A DNA stretch of 64,000 nucleotides from an uncultured Roseburia sp. (GTDB lineage: Bacteria; Bacillota; Clostridia; Lachnospirales; Lachnospiraceae). Shown here piece by piece: positions 18,612-28,083 of this stretch. The stretch spans positions 7,568 through 71,567 of the forward strand of contig CANDCP010000002.1 in assembly GCA_947383215.1 (NCBI GenBank), given 5' to 3'. Numbering within the stretch: position 1 is the stretch's first letter; every line of letters begins with the position of its first letter. The notes beneath the pieces are model-generated. The model was not told where the DNA came from. It did not search any database and saw only the letters and a program-made list of their open reading frames with translations. The translations under genes and the position numbers were made by a program.

Positions 18612-19688
18612 ATGAGCCAGACAGAAAAAGGCAGAAGGCGGCAGCTGGAAATAGATATCTGGGACGGGGTTATCATCGGTTCCATGTGGCGGGTATATAT
18701 CATATGTATGATTGTGGAATTGGCGAAACTTGCCGTTTTTCAGGCGGGGGAAGAGTATTCCGTCCGGAAGTATCTGGCCATGTATTTTTTGATTCCGTCT
18801 TTGATACAGGGAGCGCTTCTGTTGTTTTTAAAATTTTTTATTTGTAATGCGAAAGAGCGTTGTAAGGATTTGACGCTTGATCTGGTTTCGGTTATTATCT
18901 GCAATTTGTTTGCCGGAGTTACCGTATTTATTCATTGCGGTGTGCAAATTGTCGGAGTTGCCCTGATTATGCCGATTTCGCTTTTGTCGGTTTACAGACG
19001 CCGGGGACTGATACGCATTCAGCTTTTGATAACAATATTTTTATATTGTATGCTTTGTGTTTGGCGTTATCTGGATTGCTGGAGCTATCCGCCGGAGACA
19101 ATTATAGATAATATGATCGTTTTTATAGCGATGGCGTGCGCGTATGCGGTGATAGAGGAGCAGGTCCGCAAGTCGTCGTTGCAGCGCGACGCACAGGTGT
19201 GGAAGGATTCTTTAACGCAGCTGTATAATCACGAAGCCTTTTATGAAGAGCTGGAGAATTATATGGAAAAGTTTAAAACGGATCGGGAGCACTTTTCCAT
19301 TCTTGTGGCGGATATCGACAATTTTAAGTCCGTAAACGACACATACGGTCATGCGTACGGGGACGAGGTGATTCGCGCGGTGGCGCGTGTGATGAGTGAA
19401 AACTGCGGGTCAAGGGATTTTGCGGCAAGGTACGGCGGCGAGGAGTTCGCGATGATCCTTCCCGGAAAGCTGATTTCGGAGGCCGTTTTGACGGCGGATA
19501 AAGTGCGTCGGGATTTTGCTTCTTGCAGTATCGTCTCAAAAGACGGGCCAAAGAGCTTTACAATCAGTATCGGCGTCGCGGAGTATACGAAGCCTTACCG
19601 CACGAGCAGCTCTTTTTTTGAGGAGGCGGACAACGCGCTGTATCGGGCAAAGGCAGACGGTAAGAACAGGGTTTGCTGTAAAAAATAA
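18612..19688 (+). CDS. Membrane-bound diguanylate cyclase (GGDEF)
   Basis: RBS aaggagg. About 5-6 N-terminal TM helices, then DSLTQLYNHEAF ... RYGGEEFAMIL. Confidence 0.85.
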   Translation: MSQTEKGRRRQLEIDIWDGVIIGSMWRVYIICMIVELAKLAVFQAGEEYSVRKYLAMYFLIPSLIQGALLLFLKFFICNAKERCKDLTLDLVSVIICNLFAGVTVFIHCGVQIVGVALIMPISLLSVYRRRGLIRIQLLITIFLYCMLCVWRYLDCWSYPPETIIDNMIVFIAMACAYAVIEEQVRKSSLQRDAQVWKDSLTQLYNHEAFYEELENYMEKFKTDREHFSILVADIDNFKSVNDTYGHAYGDEVIRAVARVMSENCGSRDFAARYGGEEFAMILPGKLISEAVLTADKVRRDFASCSIVSKDGPKSFTISIGVAEYTKPYRTSSSFFEEADNALYRAKADGKNRVCCKK

Positions 19689-19742
19689 AAAGATTCTGAT
19701 TCGCCGGTTCTCTTACCGTGGATTTTTAGTGATGTGCCATAT

Positions 19743-20750
19743 TTATCGGACGGTGAGGATCAGGCTTGCCTTTGCGCCGTCCTCTTTGGCGTAGATATAT
19801 GCTTTGCCTGGCTGTCTCGCATGGATTTTGCCGTTTTCATCTACGTCGGCGATATTGATGTTGCTGCTGGAAAAGACCGGTTTATTTCCGGAAGAAACCG
19901 TCACGGACGGCGTAAAGAACGCGCCGGGCTTTAGTGTCAGCGTATCCGGCTGAAACGTGATTTTTGGTTTTTTGACGGTCAAAAGACATGTTTTCCTGAC
20001 GTTGTCTACGGTGACGGTGATAACGGCGGTTCCGTGCTTGTGCGCCGTAACTTTTCCGTTTTCATCCACGGTAGCGACGCTTTTTTTACTGCTTTTCCAT
20101 TTTGGTCTGCTTTTTGATGTGGACGCGACGGAAAGCGTTATCGTCTGGCCGCGGTAACAGGAGGCCTTCGTGCGATTTAGTGTGACTTTTGGGGTTAAAA
20201 CCGTGATTTTACAGGTTGCGCTCGTTTTGTCGGCAGTTGCCGTAATAGTTGCGCTTCCGGGCTTTTTCGCAGTTACGACGCCTTTTTCATTTACCGAAGC
20301 AACGCTTTTTTTGTTGGATTTCCAGGTGACTTCATGACCGGTAGAGACAGACGCGCGAAGACAGAACGAATAGCCGTTCTCCATGGAATGCGTTTTTTTG
20401 TTTAACCGGATGACTGTTTTGTTAACCGTAATTCTGCAAGTTGCTTCGGCATTTTTAATTTTTACCGCAATGGAAGCGTTTCCCGCTTTTTTGGCGGTGA
20501 CTTTGCCGTTGGAACTGACGGAGGCAATCTTAGAATTGCTGGAAGAAAACGAAGGTTTTTTTCCGTTCGAGGTGAACGCCGTCAGCAAGAACTCGTCGCC
20601 GATATTCAGCGTTTTAGAGTATTTGCCTAAAATAATGAAATTATAATCGGAGGCTGCGCTGACATTTGATATAAAATTGTTAAAAACGGATAAAAATAGG
20701 AAAAGAAAGCTTAATAAAAAAATAAAAGGAAATTTGATTTTGCGTGACAT
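19743..20750 (-). CDS. Secreted protein with tandem bacterial Ig-like (Big_2) domains
   Basis: ATG with a gggagg RBS; the longer track ORF lacks one. Signal MSRKIKFPFIFLLSFLFLFLSVF. The motif SSNxKIASVxxNGKVTAKKxGxAxI recurs four times. Confidence 0.8.
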   Translation of the reverse strand: MSRKIKFPFIFLLSFLFLFLSVFNNFISNVSAASDYNFIILGKYSKTLNIGDEFLLTAFTSNGKKPSFSSSNSKIASVSSNGKVTAKKAGNASIAVKIKNAEATCRITVNKTVIRLNKKTHSMENGYSFCLRASVSTGHEVTWKSNKKSVASVNEKGVVTAKKPGSATITATADKTSATCKITVLTPKVTLNRTKASCYRGQTITLSVASTSKSRPKWKSSKKSVATVDENGKVTAHKHGTAVITVTVDNVRKTCLLTVKKPKITFQPDTLTLKPGAFFTPSVTVSSGNKPVFSSSNINIADVDENGKIHARQPGKAYIYAKEDGAKASLILTVR

Positions 20751-20971
20751 AGAAATTCCTCCCTTCGGATACCGGCAAGAGGAGTCACGGCGAATCAGAA
20801 GCGCCTGATAAGCGGCGCAAGAACAGTATAGCACGAAAGCGCCGCAAAAACTAGGCAAGAAAGTATAAAAAGTCTTAAAAGTATAGAAAAAATCGAGGGA
20901 ATCATACTTTGACAATGGAAGATTATTTTGCTACTATAAAAAGATACCGTATCAGGATTGGAGGGAACGGC

Positions 20972-21544
20972 ATGAAGGAAATTTTAAAAAGAATAAAGGC
21001 GGATGTCGTATTGTCTGCGCTGCTGTGTATAATTACAGGGGTGGTTGTTATGGTGTGGCCGGCGGCGATTACGATTTTGCTCGGAAGGATGATTGGCCTT
21101 GTGCTTCTTATTATGGGGCTGGCGCATGCGCTTTCTTATCTGGCGAACCGGGAGGAAAACCGTATCGGCCTGGCAAGCGGAGTGGTTGTTTTTGCCCTGG
21201 GCGTATTGATTTTTGTCCGCCCGGAGCTTGTCGCGCAGATGGTATCGGTTGTGGTGGGCGTGATTTTGATTATGCATGGCGTCGGGGATTTGCAGCTTGG
21301 ACTTGAGAGCCGTCGAAACGGCGATGATATCTGGTGGCTTTGTATATTACTTTCCGCGGCGACGATTCTGTTCGGCGTATTTGTAATCTGGAAATATTTT
21401 CAGGTGGCAAAGGTGGCGACCTGGCTGGTTGGCCTGGCGCTTGTGTTTGACGGCCTGGGGGATTTGTTTGTCGTCTATCGGGTGACAAAAGCGGCAAAGA
21501 GAGTGCTGGAAGAAGACGCGATCGATGTGGAGTATAAAGAGTAA
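20972..21544 (+). CDS. HdeD/DUF308-like integral membrane protein
   Basis: RBS ggaggg. About six evenly spaced TM helices with a repeated G-rich helix pattern. The family call is tentative. Confidence 0.55.
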   Translation: MKEILKRIKADVVLSALLCIITGVVVMVWPAAITILLGRMIGLVLLIMGLAHALSYLANREENRIGLASGVVVFALGVLIFVRPELVAQMVSVVVGVILIMHGVGDLQLGLESRRNGDDIWWLCILLSAATILFGVFVIWKYFQVAKVATWLVGLALVFDGLGDLFVVYRVTKAAKRVLEEDAIDVEYKE

Positions 21545-21557
21545 GGGATGTGGAAAT

Positions 21558-21794
21558 ATGCGTCAGATGAAATTTAAGATGGAGAGGCTTGGACTTTTAG
21601 AGGTAGGAGACGTGCTTCCGGTGACGGAGGGCAGGCTGCCTGCCTCTTACTATTACACTTTGGGGAAGTCGTATGCGATGTCGGCAAATTATTCTTTTCG
21701 TGAGCGTTTGAAATCTACGGAGGGGAAGGTTGCGGATATCGAGGAGACGCCGAAGGGATATTTCGTTACGGTTGAGTTTGATGAGGAAAGTTAG
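21558..21794 (+). CDS. Hypothetical small protein (78 aa)
   Basis: An ORF in an operon-like position after the DUF308-like gene. No motif recognised. Confidence 0.4.
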   Translation: MRQMKFKMERLGLLEVGDVLPVTEGRLPASYYYTLGKSYAMSANYSFRERLKSTEGKVADIEETPKGYFVTVEFDEES

Positions 21795-21843
21795 GGTGTC
21801 AAACGCACATTTGGATTAATTTTTTAGAAAGTTGGTATGTACA

Positions 21844-23235
21844 ATGGAGAAAACGAACACAGTGCCGCAGGAAAATAAAATGGGCGTTATGGATGTCAAT
21901 AAGCTGCTGCTGACAATGTCCGTGCCGATGATGGTTTCTATGCTGGTACAGGCTCTTTACAATGTAGTGGACAGTATTTTTGTATCAAAAATAGACGAAT
22001 ACGCGCTTACGGCCGTATCGCTTGCGTTTCCGATGCAATCGCTGATGATTGCGCTTGCGGTGGGAACCGGGGTCGGCGTGAACGCCCTGCTGTCGAAGCG
22101 GCTTGGGGAGAAGCGGTTTTTGGAGGCTAAAATAGTCGCGAATATATCGGTATTGATTGCGTTTGTGGAATATCTTGTTTTTTGTATTCTGGGCGCCGTC
22201 TTTTCCGGGCCTTTTTTTGCCATGCAGACTGAGATACCGGAGATTGTCTCTTACGGCACAAGCTATATGACAATCTGTACAACGTTAAGCTTCGGCATGT
22301 TCGGGCAAATGTGTATGGAGCGCCTGCTGCAGGCGACGGGTCGCACAGTATGCTCTATGTGTACCCAGTTGTTTGGGGCGGTGATAAATATTATCTTTGA
22401 CCCGATTTTGATTTTCGGATTGTTGGGATTTCCGAAGATGGGAATTGCGGGCGCGGCGGCCGCGACGGTAGCCGGTCAGATTTGCGCGATGATTTTGGCA
22501 TTCGTTTTAAATTGCAGGCTAAATGAGGAGGTCAGCTTCCGGATTTCGCTTATGAAGCCGAATTTGGCGGTGATAAAGGAAATATTTGCAGTCGGGGTTC
22601 CGTCGATTCTGATGCAGTCGATCGGTTCTCTCATGGTGTTTTTGATGAATAAAATATTGATGGGATTTACATCTACGGCGGCGGCTGTCTTCGGCGTGTA
22701 CTTTAAGCTGCAAAGCTTTGTATTTATGCCGGTGTTTGGATTAAATAACGGCCTGATTCCGATCGTTGCATATAATTATGGCGCGGGGCACAGGGATCGG
22801 ATTAAAAAGGCGATGAGGTACGGCGCGACGTACGCGGTGCTTATCATGTTTGTCGGCCTGCTTTTGGCGGAGATGATACCGGGGCCGCTGCTGAAGCTTT
22901 TTGACGCCTCAGATAATATGCTGGAGATCGGGATACCGGCAATCCGCATTATCTGTATCAGTTTTGTATTCGCCGGTTTTGCAATTGTGGCGAGCGGGGT
23001 ATTTCAGGGGCTTGGAAAAAGTATATACAGTCTCTATGTTTCTGTGGCGAGGCAGCTGGTTGTCCTGATACCGGTTGCGTATTTACTGTCGCTGACCGGC
23101 AATTTGAACTGGGTGTGGCTGTCGTTTCCGATCGCGGAGATCGCTTCCATTCTGATCACGCTCTGGGGGCTTCGGAGGGTAATGCGGCATCTGGATGAAT
23201 GTTTGAAAGAGGGGGCTTCATCATGCGAAGGATAA
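21844..23235 (+). CDS. MATE-family efflux transporter
   Basis: 12-TM protein with the typical N-terminus LLLTMSVPMMVSMLVQALYNVVDSIFV and an internally duplicated topology. Confidence 0.9.
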   Translation: MEKTNTVPQENKMGVMDVNKLLLTMSVPMMVSMLVQALYNVVDSIFVSKIDEYALTAVSLAFPMQSLMIALAVGTGVGVNALLSKRLGEKRFLEAKIVANISVLIAFVEYLVFCILGAVFSGPFFAMQTEIPEIVSYGTSYMTICTTLSFGMFGQMCMERLLQATGRTVCSMCTQLFGAVINIIFDPILIFGLLGFPKMGIAGAAAATVAGQICAMILAFVLNCRLNEEVSFRISLMKPNLAVIKEIFAVGVPSILMQSIGSLMVFLMNKILMGFTSTAAAVFGVYFKLQSFVFMPVFGLNNGLIPIVAYNYGAGHRDRIKKAMRYGATYAVLIMFVGLLLAEMIPGPLLKLFDASDNMLEIGIPAIRIICISFVFAGFAIVASGVFQGLGKSIYSLYVSVARQLVVLIPVAYLLSLTGNLNWVWLSFPIAEIASILITLWGLRRVMRHLDECLKEGASSCEG

Positions 23236-26200
23236 GAAGAATACGCGGTTTCTATCTGGGGATTTTACTTGGGGTGCTCTGCACATTGTTTTTGTGTCTG
23301 GATTGCGGCGCGGTCGGGGCGGCGCAGAATACAGCCACTGTGAAATCCTGCAAGATCAGTTCAAACGGGAAGAAAGTTACCGTTCAGGCGAAGGTTACAA
23401 AGAAGACGAAAGCGATGGGCAAAAAACTGTATCTGATTGCCTATGATTCTTACGAAGGTGTGGGAAAGACGACAAAAAAGAAGCCGGTCGCGTCTGTAAA
23501 GGCCAAGAAGGGAACGGTGAAGTTTTCGATCGCCCTAAATGACGGTGAGAGCGACAGCAGGCTTTTTTCAAAGTTTGCGGTGGCATATAAGAGCGGTAAA
23601 AAGTATAAAATTATCAGTACCGCGAAATATATTACAAACCCAGAAAAGCTTGCGTCTTACAAAAGTACATATCCGAAGACGTATTCCAAAAAAGGCCTGC
23701 AGGCTGAAGATCCCGCGGATTCTATCGCGCTTGGCACGCAGCATACGGTGCTCAACTGGACGCTCAACAGCATTTTGCAAAAGGGCGGCGCCGGTTACCG
23801 CTATAAGGGCAAGACATATTATTTTAATTATCAGCTTTTAGACTACTATGATGAGCTTGTGCATCAGTATAACGAGAGCGGTAGCAAGGTAACGGTTATC
23901 CTACTGCTTCAAAATTCTCCGCGGGAAGATTTAAACGCTATGATGTATAAAGGAAGCAGTGCAAATTACAGCGGAATCAACACGTCGACGAAAGCGGGCA
24001 GCAGAGCCTTTGAGGCGGTGATGAGCTATCTGGCGGAGCGCTACGGAAAGAAGTCTCATCTTGTCTCCGGATGGATTCTGGGAAATGAAATCGGGAATAC
24101 AAGAGAATGGAATTATGGAGGGAAAAAATCGCTCTCTGCCTATATGGATAACTATGTGAGAACGTTTCGCATCGTGAACACCGCGGTGAGGAGTGTGAAT
24201 AAGAACGCGCACGTTTATCTGAGCCTGGATTATCACTGGAATTATGACCCGGACGGAGACGGGAAAGAGTATTTTTCAAGTAAGGCAATATTGAATACGT
24301 TTTACAAGAAACTAAAAGCGCAGGGAAAGGTGGATTGGTATATTGCCTACCATGCATATTCCCAAGGGCTGATGCCGCCTGAGTTCTGGGATGACACGAT
24401 GGCGACAGATTCCGTGGATTCACAGCTTGTAAATTTCAAGAATTTAAATATTCTTACAAATTATGTCAAGAAGCATTTTGGCAGCAAGGTAAAGGTAATG
24501 CTCTCGGAGCAGTCTTTTACCGTGGACAAAGGCGAGATGACGCAGGCCGCGGCATATGCTTACGCTTACTATAAGTCGGAGGCAAACGGTATGATAGAGG
24601 CGTTTATTTACGGCAGACATGTGGATAACGCGGCGGAGCTTTCGCCGGGCGGCGCGATGATACGCTGGGGGCTAAAGTCGAATACCGGTGCAAGACGTTT
24701 TATATGGGATGTGTACCAGTATATTGACAGTCCGGACAGCTTACAGATTACCAAAAATTTGATTGGTTATGTAAACGGCCTTTCTTCGTGGAAAAAGGTA
24801 CCGGGACTTAGCACGAAAAAATTCTCAAAAATGCCGTCGAAGCGTAAGAAAATTACCGGGTTTTCCGCAGTGTCCGCATCAAATAAGAGTATCAAGCTAA
24901 GCTGGGAGCGGTGCGCTACGGCGACGGGATATCAGATTTATCGTTCGACGTCTAAAGACGGTACATACAAGTTGATTCATGGAATTCCGGCCGATACCCA
25001 GACCTCCTATACGGATACGGGGCTGACCACGGGAAAAACGTATTATTATAAGATCAGGATGTATAAGGCGGTTCCGGGCGGCGGAATGCTGGCGGGAAGT
25101 CAGGTTATGGCAAGCGCGATGGTGACAGTCGGGCAGACATCTATAAACAGTGTGACTGCCGGAGAGATTTCAGCTAAGCTTTCATGGAAGAGTGTGACTG
25201 CCGCAGACGGTTACTATGTATACCGTTCGCTTTCGAAAGATTCCGGATATGCGCGGATTGCGGCTGTGGCGGGCCAGAAAACGACAACGTATACCGATAC
25301 GGTGGAAGCGGGACGGCGCTATTACTATAAGGTGGCGGCGTATGTACAGATTTCTGGTACGGTGTACCAGGGAGAGCTCTCTCAGGCGGCAAGCGCAGTT
25401 CCGAAGCCGTTGAGGCCGTCGATTACACAGCTTACGCCGGGGGCGAAGCGCATTGGCGTGCAGTGGGAGCGTATCCCGAACGCAGAGGGGTATCAGGTAT
25501 ATTCTTCGCGGACAAAGGACGGCAAATATGTGAAACAGACGACCGTTACGGACGGAGCGGTCTGCAGCTACGTTCACGATCCGGATTATACGGGACAGGA
25601 ATATTACTATAAAGTGCGCGCTTTCGTAAAGGTGGACGATAAGATAATTTATTCGGAATTTTCTGATCTTGCCTGCGCGACCGCATACAGTAAAGAATTG
25701 ACGATCGAGACAATCCTGCGCGACGAGAACGGCAAAGCGGTGCTTAGCTGGAAGAAAAACGAGGCGGCGTTTGGTTATCAGATTGTGAAAAGCGAGGCGG
25801 AGGACGGAACGTATACGCCGGTTATAGATCAGATACCGAGTACCGGGGAAGATTCGTATACATTTACGGATGACGATTCCAGGACGGATGCGGCGGTATA
25901 CTATAAAATAAGAATCTATGAGATTAATTCCGCAGGTATAACGGTATACGGAGAATGGTCTAAAGCGTACAGGGCCGAGGCATGGGAGGAGCCTGGAACC
26001 GAAGAACCGGGAACGGAGGAGCCTGGAACAGAGGAACCGGGAACGGAAGAACCGGGAACGGAGGAGCCTGGAACCGAAGAACCGGGAACAGAAAAACCGG
26101 GAACGGAAGAACCGGGAACGGAAGATCCTGGAACAGAGGAACCGGGAACGGAAGAGCCCGGGACAAAGGAGCCGGGAACCGAAGTGTCATTAAATTATAC

Positions 26201-26237
26201 GAACAAAATGATTGTATTTGACAAAAAAATAGTTTAA
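23223..26237 (+). CDS. Large secreted protein: glycosidase-like N-terminal region, five FN3-like domains and a C-terminal EEPGT repeat tail
   Basis: Signal MRRIRRIRGFYLGILLGVLCTLFLCL. FN3-type repeats each contain SW(E/K)...GYQ(I/V)Y(R/S)S..KDG.Y and YYYK(I/V)R. No LPXTG, SLH or TM anchor is visible at the C-terminus. Confidence 0.8.
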   Translation: MRRIRRIRGFYLGILLGVLCTLFLCLDCGAVGAAQNTATVKSCKISSNGKKVTVQAKVTKKTKAMGKKLYLIAYDSYEGVGKTTKKKPVASVKAKKGTVKFSIALNDGESDSRLFSKFAVAYKSGKKYKIISTAKYITNPEKLASYKSTYPKTYSKKGLQAEDPADSIALGTQHTVLNWTLNSILQKGGAGYRYKGKTYYFNYQLLDYYDELVHQYNESGSKVTVILLLQNSPREDLNAMMYKGSSANYSGINTSTKAGSRAFEAVMSYLAERYGKKSHLVSGWILGNEIGNTREWNYGGKKSLSAYMDNYVRTFRIVNTAVRSVNKNAHVYLSLDYHWNYDPDGDGKEYFSSKAILNTFYKKLKAQGKVDWYIAYHAYSQGLMPPEFWDDTMATDSVDSQLVNFKNLNILTNYVKKHFGSKVKVMLSEQSFTVDKGEMTQAAAYAYAYYKSEANGMIEAFIYGRHVDNAAELSPGGAMIRWGLKSNTGARRFIWDVYQYIDSPDSLQITKNLIGYVNGLSSWKKVPGLSTKKFSKMPSKRKKITGFSAVSASNKSIKLSWERCATATGYQIYRSTSKDGTYKLIHGIPADTQTSYTDTGLTTGKTYYYKIRMYKAVPGGGMLAGSQVMASAMVTVGQTSINSVTAGEISAKLSWKSVTAADGYYVYRSLSKDSGYARIAAVAGQKTTTYTDTVEAGRRYYYKVAAYVQISGTVYQGELSQAASAVPKPLRPSITQLTPGAKRIGVQWERIPNAEGYQVYSSRTKDGKYVKQTTVTDGAVCSYVHDPDYTGQEYYYKVRAFVKVDDKIIYSEFSDLACATAYSKELTIETILRDENGKAVLSWKKNEAAFGYQIVKSEAEDGTYTPVIDQIPSTGEDSYTFTDDDSRTDAAVYYKIRIYEINSAGITVYGEWSKAYRAEAWEEPGTEEPGTEEPGTEEPGTEEPGTEEPGTEEPGTEKPGTEEPGTEDPGTEEPGTEEPGTKEPGTEVSLNYTNKMIVFDKKIV
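25986..26180 (+). repeat. 13 tandem 15-bp in-frame repeats encoding (E/K)(E/K/D)PGT
   Basis: gaggagcctggaacc-type units read directly: EEPGT x7, EKPGT, EEPGT, EDPGT, EEPGT x2, KEPGT. Synonymous variation occurs between units. Confidence 0.95.
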
Positions 26238-26306
26238 AATATCCATGCAGGGATTGTGTTTGAAAAGGACAGTGAGAACACTGTGGGAGTGAAAAAGGAG
26301 TAACCA

Positions 26307-27353
26307 ATGCGATATCTTCCAATACAAGAGTTAGAGGATAAAATGATACTGGGGCAGGATCTGTTTGACAGTGAGGGGCGTATGCTTTTGGCCGGAGACG
26401 AGGAGTTGAGTTCTGACCATATCAGGAGTCTTAAGGAAATGGGATTCCATGGCGTTTACATTAAAGATAATATTTCTGCCGATATAGAGTTTAAACAGCT
26501 TATGAAGCCGGAAATCAGAAGCCGTGCGCTCAGTATGGTGCATAACTTGTTTATGGGAAAAGAAGAGGGCGTCATAGAGAGGGAACAGCAGCTGATGGAG
26601 CTTGTTGTGGATGTGGTAGAGGAAATATTAGGCAACGGCGATATCATGTATAATATGATGGATCTGAAAGCGTATGACGACTATACCTTTTATCATTCGG
26701 TTAATGTTGCGGTGCTGTCTGCCGTGATTGGCGTTCGCTACGGGATGGAAGAAGAAGAGCTTCGGATTTTGACGATGGCGGCGCTGCTGCACGATATCGG
26801 GAAACGGTTTTTGGAGGACGACATATTGAACGCGAAGCGCCCGCTTCGCGAGGAAGAGCGCCACATAATGCTTCAGCATCCCAAGCTTGGGTATGAGTTT
26901 CTGACGAAACACTATAATTTTACACCGGAAGTTGCGACGGCGGTGTTGGAGCATCATGAGTGCTATAACGGAGAAGGGTATCCGATGCGAAAGTCGGGAC
27001 TTGAGATCAGTATTTTTGCGAGGATTATCAAGTTGGCGGATGTGTTTGACGCAATGACGTCAAAGCGTCCGTACCGCGATATGCTGCCGCCTTCTGACGC
27101 GATAGAATATATTATGGCGATGTGCGGAAGCGAGTTCGATCCGAAGCTGGTGGAAGTCTTCCTGAAATGGGTTGCAGTGTATCCGGTAGGGTGCGAGGTT
27201 GTTCTCTCGGATGACCGGCACGCCATTGTCACGAAGAATTTTCCGAATTTTGTTTTGCGTCCGGTTGTAAAGCTTCTGGAAACGGGTGAAATTATTAATC
27301 TGAATCAGGATAGGGACGCGAGAAATATCACGATTGTACGTCTGGTAGTGTAG
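26307..27353 (+). CDS. HD-GYP domain c-di-GMP phosphodiesterase
   Basis: Motifs HSVNV, LLHDIGK and HHECYNGEGYP (HHExxxGxGYP). Confidence 0.9.
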   Translation: MRYLPIQELEDKMILGQDLFDSEGRMLLAGDEELSSDHIRSLKEMGFHGVYIKDNISADIEFKQLMKPEIRSRALSMVHNLFMGKEEGVIEREQQLMELVVDVVEEILGNGDIMYNMMDLKAYDDYTFYHSVNVAVLSAVIGVRYGMEEEELRILTMAALLHDIGKRFLEDDILNAKRPLREEERHIMLQHPKLGYEFLTKHYNFTPEVATAVLEHHECYNGEGYPMRKSGLEISIFARIIKLADVFDAMTSKRPYRDMLPPSDAIEYIMAMCGSEFDPKLVEVFLKWVAVYPVGCEVVLSDDRHAIVTKNFPNFVLRPVVKLLETGEIINLNQDRDARNITIVRLVV

Positions 27354-27364
27354 GTGAGGGATTT

Positions 27365-27931
27365 ATGACGGGTCAGGGTAGGAGTTCGGTGGATCTATTA
27401 CTGGCAAAAAGCGTAAAGGAGTTGGCAGAGGACCGTCCGATAGAGAAGATAACCATCAAAGAGATTACCGATAAGGCAGGCGTTATACGCCCGACATTTT
27501 ATAATCACTTTCAGGATAAATACGAGCTTTTAGAGTGGATCATCATGACGGAGCTTTTAGAGCCGATTAAGCCGATGCTTTGGAACGGAATGGCGACGCA
27601 GGCGTTTATTTTACTGTTTTCAACGATAGAAAAGGATAAGCGGTTTTATACAAAGGCATGCCGCCTGGAAGGGCAGAATTCTTTTGAGAGTATCGCGAAG
27701 GAGTGTATAAAGAACGTGCTGCTTGACGTGCTTACGGATAAGGCGACCGGAAAGAGGGGGATGCATCCCTGGGTCAGCCCGGAGCTGATAGCCGAGTACC
27801 ACGCGCAGTCTTTAAGCTTTCTTGTCCTTCGGTGGATGAGAACGGGGATGAATGTATCCGTGCAGGAAATGGCGGACGCGTACGACTATATGATACGTCA
27901 TTCCATTGAGGACATTTTAAAGGATATTTGA
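27365..27931 (+). CDS. TetR-family transcriptional regulator
   Basis: N-terminal HTH ITIKEITDKAGVIRPTFYNHFQDKYELL. Confidence 0.9.
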   Translation: MTGQGRSSVDLLLAKSVKELAEDRPIEKITIKEITDKAGVIRPTFYNHFQDKYELLEWIIMTELLEPIKPMLWNGMATQAFILLFSTIEKDKRFYTKACRLEGQNSFESIAKECIKNVLLDVLTDKATGKRGMHPWVSPELIAEYHAQSLSFLVLRWMRTGMNVSVQEMADAYDYMIRHSIEDILKDI

Positions 27932-28004
27932 AAAGATACAAAAGGTCTGATTTGTATATCAGAGAATACAAAACGGAAAAAATGTATATTTTTAAGCTAC
28001 ATAG

Positions 28005-28043
28005 AAAAGAGATTGAATATTTAAAAATTCAGTCTCTTTTTTT
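28005..28043 (+). terminator. AT-rich hairpin plus T-run between the TetR and MMPL genes (terminator or attenuator/operator candidate)
   Basis: 14-bp stem aaaagagattgaat / attcagtctctttt (one G-U pair), 8-nt loop, then a run of T. Confidence 0.4.
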
Positions 28044-28083
28044 ATACTCATTTATAGCAAAACAAAAGTAAGGAGTGTGAAGA

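Noticed and set aside
25960-26322. ORFs in other frames or on the other strand across the EEPGT repeat (25982-26221 + and 25960-26322 -), and the possibility that the 15-bp periodic array is CRISPR-like.
   Set aside because: The open alternative frames are an automatic consequence of a 15-nt (multiple of 3) repeat. The array has no spacers, its units are far shorter than CRISPR repeats, and it continues the reading frame of a long FN3 protein.
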